64,000 nt of DNA, from NCBI GenBank assembly GCA_964366515.1, contig CAYIUF010000001.1, positions 51,388 through 115,387 on the forward strand, written 5' to 3'. Source of the DNA: an uncultured Gammaproteobacteria bacterium. Its GTDB lineage: Bacteria > Patescibacteriota > Microgenomatia > UBA8517 > UBA10165. Shown piece after piece: positions 55,539-62,650 of this stretch (position 1 is the stretch's first letter; every line of letters begins with the position of its first letter). A model generated the notes under the pieces. The model made no database searches, was not told the origin of the DNA, and saw only the letters and a list, made by a program, of their open reading frames with translations. The position numbers and the translations under genes are program-made.

Positions 55539-55808
55539 TTAGTATTGTCGGTACTTGTCGTGCGTACCGATATCAAGAAGAATTGCAGTTGTTTTATCAA
55601 TCCACATAAAAAATATCCTGCTCCCTTTATCAATTCTTATTGTCCAATAACGGGAGCCTTTAAGCTTTTCTAAATTCAAGCTAGGATGCTTCGGGTTGCT
55701 TACAAACACACGGAGAGCTTTTGTAGTTCTATTAAGAAGTTCGAAGTTGTTTCTCAAAAACTTTCTCCTCTCATGCAAGTATTTTTGAGAATATTTTAAT
55801 TCGATCAC
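55539..55808 (-). CDS. RelE/ParE-family type II toxin
   Basis: 89 aa. KLKGSRYWTIRIDKGSRIFF...DIGTHDKY matches the RelE/ParE core. Immediately downstream of the antitoxin. Confidence 0.7.
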   Translation of the reverse strand: MIELKYSQKYLHERRKFLRNNFELLNRTTKALRVFVSNPKHPSLNLEKLKGSRYWTIRIDKGSRIFFMWIDKTTAILLDIGTHDKYRQY

Positions 55809-55811
55809 GCC

Positions 55812-56081
55812 TTAGAAGCCCGCTTCTTTTCTCATTTCCTCAAAATCAGCCTCTAGCTCTTCTGGTGTAGAAATCGACTTTATTTTCCCAGACCTATATT
55901 CCTTTAAGGCCTCATCCGCGACCGCGTCTAATTGAAGCTTTTCCAAAAGATTAAGGCCAATAATTGCCCCCTGGGGCCTATTATTAGACATAACAACAAT
56001 GGGTTCTTTGGATTTATTTGCCTGCTCCAAAACCTTTTTATACCCTCTTTGAATTTGTCTTGCTGAAATCGTTGCTAACAT
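55812..56081 (-). CDS. Phd/YefM-family type II antitoxin
   Basis: 89 aa. RQIQRGYKKVLEQA...EPIVVMSNNRPQGAIIGL is typical of the Phd/YefM N-domain. 3-nt gap to the toxin gene. Confidence 0.7.
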   Translation of the reverse strand: MLATISARQIQRGYKKVLEQANKSKEPIVVMSNNRPQGAIIGLNLLEKLQLDAVADEALKEYRSGKIKSISTPEELEADFEEMRKEAGF

Positions 56082-56128
56082 ATGTAATCATATTATCACA
56101 TATGTTAATGTATGTCAAGTTGACATAC
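56078..56128 (-). promoter_or_regulatory. TA operon promoter TTGACA-17-TAATAT with operator palindromes
   Basis: Minus strand: TTGACA (56118-56113), 17 nt, TAATAT (56095-56090), 8 nt, ATG. A perfect 19-bp palindrome GTATGTCAAgTTGACATAC (56110-56128) overlaps the -35. Two copies of the self-complementary ACATATGT (56078-56085, 56098-56105) flank the -10. Confidence 0.6.
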
Positions 56129-56140
56129 AACAAGAGAACT

Positions 56141-56548
56141 TCATAAGTTCAAAATTAAGATAGAAAGTTGAAGTAGTGTGGCCAAAATGACCCAAGCCAA
56201 ATAAGGAACCTGTGCCCATGCAACAAAAGGTGAGTATTTATATATTGCCCGAATGCCCCAGACTATAGTCCCAAGGGCGACCAAAATGTCAATTGAAGCC
56301 AGAGGGACATTTTTTAAGCCAAAAAGAAGAGGAGTAAAAAGAAAATTGGCAATTAGATTTATAACAAACGGAGCCAAAACTTTCTTTGGAAACTTGCGAA
56401 TATAAACCTTGTAAAAGACATACCCAAAAGATAGAAAAATAACAGGATAAAGAACTCCCCAAATAGCTCCAATTGTTTCACCCGTTGGAGTCCAAGCAGG
56501 CTTTTCTAAAGCAGAGTACCATTCTTCCCAATTCCAAGAATCAAACAT
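56141..56548 (-). CDS. TspO/MBR tryptophan-rich sensory protein family
   Basis: W-rich 5-TM protein. LEKPAWTP, VLYPVIFLS, and NLIANFLFTPLLFG motifs. Confidence 0.75.
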   Translation of the reverse strand: MFDSWNWEEWYSALEKPAWTPTGETIGAIWGVLYPVIFLSFGYVFYKVYIRKFPKKVLAPFVINLIANFLFTPLLFGLKNVPLASIDILVALGTIVWGIRAIYKYSPFVAWAQVPYLAWVILATLLQLSILILNL

Positions 56549-56644
56549 AATTCGTCACCATTCTATATATTTAACTGAAACACAAACAGTAGATAAGTTC
56601 AATGGATCAAAGTCGAACGCGGACTAAGGATATCAAGCGGCGCT

Positions 56645-57469
56645 TTGGTGTGTTATTATACCTCGCCTCGCCAGACTTGGATGTTCAAAGAAAGATTTAC
56701 AAGAAGACAAGGTTTTGAAAGGGTGGCTGGCGTTGCAGGTGCAGCAGTCCTTGCCCCCGAACTTATCCCCGTAAGAATAAAAATCTTAACTTACCACGCT
56801 TTATCCTCTCCTGACCAAATCTACAACGATGTAATTGCCTTGATGAGATACGATGCAAATCGCACTCCAAAAACAGGTTACTTTCCGACTGATTTAGATA
56901 CTGCCGTTAAACTAATATCCCACGAGGAATCAGCAGACCAACATTTTCTTGTAGTGACATGCGACGATGGCCTTAGCTCACAAATGGATAATGCAAGAGC
57001 TGCGGCAGAAAGAATCGAGAAAGAGACAGGCAGCCCTTGCCCTGTGGAGTTCTTTGTTTTAACAAAGCTTGAAAATTCCCCAGACCCTGTTGAGGAAATG
57101 CCTGATGAAACCCTCTCCTACTTTGATGGAAATGAGGGCAAGCATGCAAACCTGGGGCAGTTAAAGACTATTGCCCGCGCAGGTATTCACAAAATTAGAA
57201 ACCATACGGTAAACCACGCTACGCTGCCTAATTTAACAATAGACGCAAGAAATGGAGAAGTTGAAGATGGGGAGAAGAAAGTGTTGGCAATCTATAGATC
57301 TGTAAAGGCAAAAACTCCGAGGAAAAAAGTGTTCGCATATCCAAGAGGGGCATATGCAGGACAAATTGATTATATATTAAGCCATTACGATATGGCGGTA
57401 AGCACAGAAGCAAAGGAAGTACATTTTATTTCCGATATGGGGCATATAGGAAGAGAAGGAAAAAGTTAA
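56645..57469 (+). CDS. polysaccharide deacetylase (NodB homology domain) family protein
   Basis: VVTCDDGLSS (TFDDG-type motif 1) and NHTVNHATL (His motif). Start uncertain. Confidence 0.5.
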   Translation: MVCYYTSPRQTWMFKERFTRRQGFERVAGVAGAAVLAPELIPVRIKILTYHALSSPDQIYNDVIALMRYDANRTPKTGYFPTDLDTAVKLISHEESADQHFLVVTCDDGLSSQMDNARAAAERIEKETGSPCPVEFFVLTKLENSPDPVEEMPDETLSYFDGNEGKHANLGQLKTIARAGIHKIRNHTVNHATLPNLTIDARNGEVEDGEKKVLAIYRSVKAKTPRKKVFAYPRGAYAGQIDYILSHYDMAVSTEAKEVHFISDMGHIGREGKS

Positions 57470-57654
57470 ATAAGGGCGAGAAGAAACTTTAAAGCAACGA
57501 GTACTAAAAACGCGAGGACAAACAAACGAGCATAATATGGAAGTGTTTTAACTACTGGAATTGAATCAACCAAAGCAACTGATTTTCGGGTGTGATGAAC
57601 TACTCTCCTAGAAGTTCTTCTCTTTGCAACTTTTCTTTTCTTTCGGGCAGCCAT
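57466..57654 (-). CDS. hypothetical small protein with basic N-terminus and C-terminal TM helix
   Basis: 62 aa. MAARKKRKVAKRRTSRR... then LFVLAFLVLVALKFLLALI. SecE-like architecture, but context does not support that call. Confidence 0.3.
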   Translation of the reverse strand: MAARKKRKVAKRRTSRRVVHHTRKSVALVDSIPVVKTLPYYARLFVLAFLVLVALKFLLALI

Positions 57655-57725
57655 GTGTAACTAACTATCTCTTAAAGGAGACATAAATGTCAAGTGGTTA
57701 TTTAAAAAACTGATAGAATAATAAT

Positions 57726-58151
57726 ATGGGGAAAAAACACAAAAGACGCAGGAAAAAGATTTTGATACTCACAAAACCTGTGGTGCCTGAAAAACTAATC
57801 ACCCTCTCAAGAAGCATACCGTTGAATGCAGCCCAGCAGGATAGGATATCTTTCTCAGTTTTGAGAAATGTAAAAAATAAACTAAGAAAAATTGAAAACA
57901 TCTCTTATGAAATTAACATCGATGGTAATTGGGAGTGGGTTGTTCGGTATGACGACCACGGAGGCAAGGGGTCGCTACATAAGCACTATCGAGTTTCGCT
58001 AAAAGACAATAGTGAAGTTGAATCCTCTACAGGAATAAAAAAGTATAAAAACAAAGATTACGAATTGACTTGGGTATGCAAAGACATTAAGCACAATCAT
58101 CAGACATATCGTTCAAAGTTTCTAAAAGCACAGGGACTTGACTTGTATTAA
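57726..58151 (+). CDS. hypothetical protein
   Basis: 141 aa with basic N-terminus. ATG 6 nt after the extended -10 TGATAGAAT (57711-57719). No family recognised. Confidence 0.45.
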   Translation: MGKKHKRRRKKILILTKPVVPEKLITLSRSIPLNAAQQDRISFSVLRNVKNKLRKIENISYEINIDGNWEWVVRYDDHGGKGSLHKHYRVSLKDNSEVESSTGIKKYKNKDYELTWVCKDIKHNHQTYRSKFLKAQGLDLY

Positions 58152-58206
58152 TCAAAAAACTACAGTATTATTACGATCCTCCCACACATAGACTGTAAAA
58201 GAAAAT

Positions 58207-58461
58207 ATGGGCACAAAGCTTCAAACTGAAAAGAATATAGATTTAACACACAAACTGATTGACTACTTGGTGAACGGCAAAGCTGTTCCTGAGCTACCAC
58301 AGGATGTGTCATTTGTCCCCTTTTCCAAAACTGACAAAAAACTTAATAAGGTAAATAACGAGCTGCTTGTAGCTATTTCCAAACAGGAGAAACCAGTCGC
58401 AATCGCTGAAGAACCGAAGTCTAGCGCAGAACCTTGGAAAATAACCCCGGTAAATTTTTAA
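58207..58461 (+). CDS. hypothetical protein
   Basis: 84-aa ORF convergent with, and overlapping by 4 nt, the restriction enzyme gene. Confidence 0.35.
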   Translation: MGTKLQTEKNIDLTHKLIDYLVNGKAVPELPQDVSFVPFSKTDKKLNKVNNELLVAISKQEKPVAIAEEPKSSAEPWKITPVNF

Positions 58462-61127
58462 CCCCCATTCTCAATGATTTCGATCTCCGATGGAGTAAGG
58501 CCGTAGAGTTTATAAACTTCTTGGTCAATTTTTTTATCAGCCTTTTCAATTTCCGAATTTACCAAATTCCACCTCTCAGAATTTCTTTCTAATGATTCCA
58601 GTTGCTTATTTAAGGACAGTATTTTTTCTGAAAGCTGCATAATCGCTTTGCTATCACCTGAAGAGGGTTCAATAATAGGAAATTTATCTAGATGCAGGTT
58701 TTTAAGTTGTGGCGTACTATTTCGATTAGTTACAGCAAAATTTTTGTAATAAATGTTAATGAGTTTTGAATTTAGAATAGCCAACAATAATAGTAGCTTA
58801 TCTCTCTCTACCCCATAAATAAAATACAAAGATTGTTCAGGATAAATACCAGAATCATCAAAAGTCGCTATAATATCGGATCCTGTCTTTCTAAGCAAAA
58901 TTTTATTTTTTACAGATAGTTTACTTTCATCTCGAGTTCTTCCGGTCAAATTTTTATCTGTGAAATTAAACCAATAAAATCCCTTAACCAAGTATCGTCC
59001 AATATTTTCACCCTTTATTATTCTAATTTCTTTTTCACTTTGTTTATTCAAGTGAATTTCAGTTGTCTTTGCACCGCAGCCTGAAGTAGATTCGGCAACC
59101 TGCGATAACAATTTTATCGATGGTTTTGCAAAGATTCTTTCAAATAGATTTTGTATCTTTTGATCGATATAGAAGAAGCTTTTATCATCTTGCTGATCAA
59201 ATACCTTCTGTACGATTTTTGAGTATCCTTGATTTTTATAGTCCCCAATCTCAATTATTTCTCGCAGCCCTGGTTTACTTTTTTGCAATACAAAAATCAT
59301 CGTGTCGGCAATAACGCCAGGAAAGTCAACATTAAAAAGTAGGTGTTTCAGTGTGAAGTTTTGTAAAATATGCTTTCTGAGTTCGACAAATTGCTGGTTA
59401 GAAGCGAGTCTGTCTGGAATAATAAAGCTAAAATACCCATCTTTTTTTAGTAACTCTAGACTCTTGTATATAAACATTTCGTACAAATTTGGCGCATATG
59501 TGTTGGACTTATATTTTTGCGTTAGAAACTCAATTTCTTTTTTAATGAAGTCATCACTTCTAAACTTTCCGCTCATTGATACCCATGGCGGATTCCCAAT
59601 CACAACATCAAAGCCTCCTTGTTTAAAAACCTCTGGGAACTCTTCCTCCCAAATGAAAGGCCTCTTTTCTCGATAATTTATCCCATAAACCGACCTTAGC
59701 TCAGTATCAGTTCCTGAGATCAAAGAGTTTCCGTTCTTAATATTTTTATCTAGGTTTGGTAACTTAAGTTTGCTGTCTAGAGCAAACAAGAGTAGGTTAA
59801 GTCGAGCAATTTCAATAGCTTGTGTGTCAAGGTCGACTCCGTAAATATTCTCCATAAGAATGGTTAGTTTTGTGAAAGTTCCCATAGGGCTTCCGAAGTC
59901 TAAGTGTTTCTGGTAAATAAAATTTGCTGCTTTAATCAAGAATGAACCCGAACCACAGGCAGGATCCAACACTTTTATTTTCTTTAGATCATTTATACTT
60001 TCACATTTATCCAAAACTGGTCCCAAGGTGTTTTTAACGATATAATCCACGACATAGTCGGGCGTGTAATAGATGCCCTGATCTTTTCTTTTCTTTGCAT
60101 CTTTATTAAGTGTGAGCCCTTTTTTTGATTTAAACAGTCTATAACCTAAATAGTTTTCATAAACACCACCAAGAACATCTGAGGGAATAACTTTAAAATC
60201 ATATTCGTAATACCCTTGTTTTCCCTGAAGTATTCGGAAAACCCTCTCAGTTGTGTTGTTCCAGTCTTCCCAGTCCTCAAGGGGATGCTCTGAAAATAAG
60301 TTTGAATCGTATATTTCATCCAACTCTCTAAACTTTGCAATCATAGATTTATATAATGGTATTTCATTACGAGTTTTACTGTTCTCCCAGTCTCGTATAA
60401 GCGGTATTAACGTTGGTGGTTCAATGCCTCGATCTTCTGCCACACGAATAAAAATTAGCCTATCTAAAAGTTTCTGTACACCTTCATCTAGCAGTTCATC
60501 GTCCACGTCGGGATTCATTTGTCCCAGTTTTTCTATTAATAGTTCTCGACACAAGGTAAGGTCTTTATACAAGGAAGAAGTAACAGAAACACGTTGAAGC
60601 TTTTTACCTATTTTTTCGGCTTCTTTATCAATTAGATTTTTTACAAACGCTTCTTTAGACAACAGCCATAGTTGGTCAAAGCGTTCTAGGTAATCGGTAT
60701 ATGGAATTTCGAAGTATAACTTGTCTGATAAATGGCTATCTATTACTTGAGCATTGAATACCTTTAGGCTTTCAAAGTCAGTGAGCACAGCCCATGTTGC
60801 GCCCTTATTCCAGGAGTATTTGATTGCTTGATTTGCATATTCTTCCCTGTGAAGGTCGCTCTTTAGGGGTTTAGCCTCCAAGTAGAATTTAAGTCTATTG
60901 CTTACATAAAACCCGAAATCAACACGACCATTTGATTGATGCTCCTCGGCAGTAACCTCACTCCTATCCGCAGTGTCCCAGCCAAGTGCATCGAATAAGG
61001 GACGGATGAAGCCATTCTTTGTGTCTTCCTCGGTGTATTTGTTTATATCCCCCGACTTCTTAACCAATTCATACTTTTCTATTAACTGCCTCACTTTCTC
61101 TCGCGCAGAGTGCATTGAATCATTCAT
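58458..61127 (-). CDS. Type IIG/IIL restriction-modification fusion enzyme (N-terminal PD-ExK endonuclease + gamma-class N6-adenine methyltransferase + target recognition domain; Eco57I/MmeI-like)
   Basis: N-terminal VDFGFYVSNRLKFYLEAKPL (D...ExK), MTase motif I LDPACGSGSFL, motif IV VIGNPPW. 889 aa. Confidence 0.85.
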   Translation of the reverse strand: MNDSMHSAREKVRQLIEKYELVKKSGDINKYTEEDTKNGFIRPLFDALGWDTADRSEVTAEEHQSNGRVDFGFYVSNRLKFYLEAKPLKSDLHREEYANQAIKYSWNKGATWAVLTDFESLKVFNAQVIDSHLSDKLYFEIPYTDYLERFDQLWLLSKEAFVKNLIDKEAEKIGKKLQRVSVTSSLYKDLTLCRELLIEKLGQMNPDVDDELLDEGVQKLLDRLIFIRVAEDRGIEPPTLIPLIRDWENSKTRNEIPLYKSMIAKFRELDEIYDSNLFSEHPLEDWEDWNNTTERVFRILQGKQGYYEYDFKVIPSDVLGGVYENYLGYRLFKSKKGLTLNKDAKKRKDQGIYYTPDYVVDYIVKNTLGPVLDKCESINDLKKIKVLDPACGSGSFLIKAANFIYQKHLDFGSPMGTFTKLTILMENIYGVDLDTQAIEIARLNLLLFALDSKLKLPNLDKNIKNGNSLISGTDTELRSVYGINYREKRPFIWEEEFPEVFKQGGFDVVIGNPPWVSMSGKFRSDDFIKKEIEFLTQKYKSNTYAPNLYEMFIYKSLELLKKDGYFSFIIPDRLASNQQFVELRKHILQNFTLKHLLFNVDFPGVIADTMIFVLQKSKPGLREIIEIGDYKNQGYSKIVQKVFDQQDDKSFFYIDQKIQNLFERIFAKPSIKLLSQVAESTSGCGAKTTEIHLNKQSEKEIRIIKGENIGRYLVKGFYWFNFTDKNLTGRTRDESKLSVKNKILLRKTGSDIIATFDDSGIYPEQSLYFIYGVERDKLLLLLAILNSKLINIYYKNFAVTNRNSTPQLKNLHLDKFPIIEPSSGDSKAIMQLSEKILSLNKQLESLERNSERWNLVNSEIEKADKKIDQEVYKLYGLTPSEIEIIENGG

Positions 61128-61171
61128 AATGAGTTAGAGAATTTTAGCAGAAAACCAGCCTTAAATATATC

Positions 61172-61978
61172 TTATAGATAGGAGGTCTGAGCAGCGACCC
61201 TTTTTAATTCGGTAAACCGACTTTGAGCCATCTCCAAGTATTTCGGATCAGAATCAATCCCCACAAAACTTCTGCCATACAAACTAGCAACAACCCCAGT
61301 TGTCCCACTCCCACAAAACGGATCTAAAATCGAATCACCTTTTCTTGTGCAAGACAAAATAATTCTCTTTAACAACTCTTGGGGTTTTTGGGTTGGATGC
61401 TTTCCAAACTTTCTTTCAATTAAACCTGGTGCATGTATTGCCCAGACAGAACCCATTTGTTCTCCCTGTTTTTTCAAAAAATCCTGCCCCCAGTCAGTCT
61501 TTTTTAAATACTCGTATGAAAACTTATGTTTCGCAATCTTTTCTTTCTTTGCCCAAATTAGGGACTCATGTTGGGCTTTAAACATTCTGCCCGAAATGTT
61601 ATCCGCAGATTTTGGTTTATACCAAGCAATCTCGTTTAATATGTGGAAACCTTCCAGTTCAAGTGCATACCCGCATTTGTAGATATTATGGTATGTTCCG
61701 GACAGCCATATTGTGCCGTCTGGCTTTAATAACCTTCGGCACTCACTTATCCACTTTTTGTGGAACTTAAAATCTTCCTCTACTCCTTCGGACTTATCCC
61801 ACCCTCCTTTGTTTACAGAAACTAACCTCCCAGACTCACTTGTAAATCCGCCATTCGACAATCTGTAGGGAGGATCAGCATAAATCATGTCAAAACTGTC
61901 TGCGGGAAGTTGAGGGAGAATTTCTAAACTATTACCGTGATATAACGTAAATCTGTCCTTTTGAAAATAGGGGTTCAT
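61172..61978 (-). CDS. beta-class DNA methyltransferase (N6-adenine or N4-cytosine), stand-alone
   Basis: Motif IV IYADPPY precedes motif I ILDPFCGSGTT (beta-class order). 268 aa. Immediately upstream of, and co-oriented with, the IIG enzyme. Confidence 0.9.
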   Translation of the reverse strand: MNPYFQKDRFTLYHGNSLEILPQLPADSFDMIYADPPYRLSNGGFTSESGRLVSVNKGGWDKSEGVEEDFKFHKKWISECRRLLKPDGTIWLSGTYHNIYKCGYALELEGFHILNEIAWYKPKSADNISGRMFKAQHESLIWAKKEKIAKHKFSYEYLKKTDWGQDFLKKQGEQMGSVWAIHAPGLIERKFGKHPTQKPQELLKRIILSCTRKGDSILDPFCGSGTTGVVASLYGRSFVGIDSDPKYLEMAQSRFTELKRVAAQTSYL

Positions 61979-62017
61979 CTTGGTCGGGACAGATTACCCA
62001 GATGATATACTCGGGCA

Positions 62018-62650
62018 ATGGAGAAGACAATCAGGGATTTTGTAGATAAACTCGCAAAAACAAAAGCCCCAGAAAACGCAGTGAATATGTTCTCATTTGA
62101 CGTTGCCCAAAACGAAACGCGCAGAAACAATTTGTATTTGTATCTTTCTCAAATGGCCGAAAAGAAGCCTGAGGTACTATTAGTAGGAGAAGCCCCGGGA
62201 TATCAGGGCATGCGTTGGACCGGCATGCCGTTTGGATCTGAATACCACATTCTCCGTGGCATTCCCGAAATTGGAATGTTCGGAGAAGAAAGAGGATACA
62301 AAAAAACTGACGAATGGGACAAGGTTTGGAAAGAACCCTCCTCAACAATCGTCTGGGGGACCATGAAAAGTATTACGAACGTTCCGCTAATTTGGGCTTC
62401 TTACCCATATCACCCACACCAGAGTGGAAAACCCCTAACAAACCGTGCCCCCTCAAATATCGAGCTAGAAATAGGCCGACCATTTTTGGCGGACTTGATA
62501 GAAATCTACAAAATCAAGAAAGTTTTAGCAGTTGGCTATAAAGCAGTTACAACTTTGGGTAAAATGGGAATTGAAGCTCCATATATAAGGCACCCATCCC
62601 ATGGCGGAGCAAAACTATTTGCCGAAGGGATCAGATTTCATTTGGACTAA
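62018..62650 (+). CDS. uracil-DNA glycosylase superfamily protein (GEAPG / HPS motifs, no Fe-S cysteines)
   Basis: Motif A LLVGEAPGYQG...GMPF and motif B IRHPSHGG. No Cys in the whole protein. ATG 6 nt after the extended -10 TGATATACT (62003-62011). Confidence 0.55.
   Translation: MEKTIRDFVDKLAKTKAPENAVNMFSFDVAQNETRRNNLYLYLSQMAEKKPEVLLVGEAPGYQGMRWTGMPFGSEYHILRGIPEIGMFGEERGYKKTDEWDKVWKEPSSTIVWGTMKSITNVPLIWASYPYHPHQSGKPLTNRAPSNIELEIGRPFLADLIEIYKIKKVLAVGYKAVTTLGKMGIEAPYIRHPSHGGAKLFAEGIRFHLD

Noticed and set aside
57466-57654. Small basic + TM protein as SecE
   Set aside because: The architecture fits but the sequence signature is weak, and there is no nusG/rplK context. It is left hypothetical.
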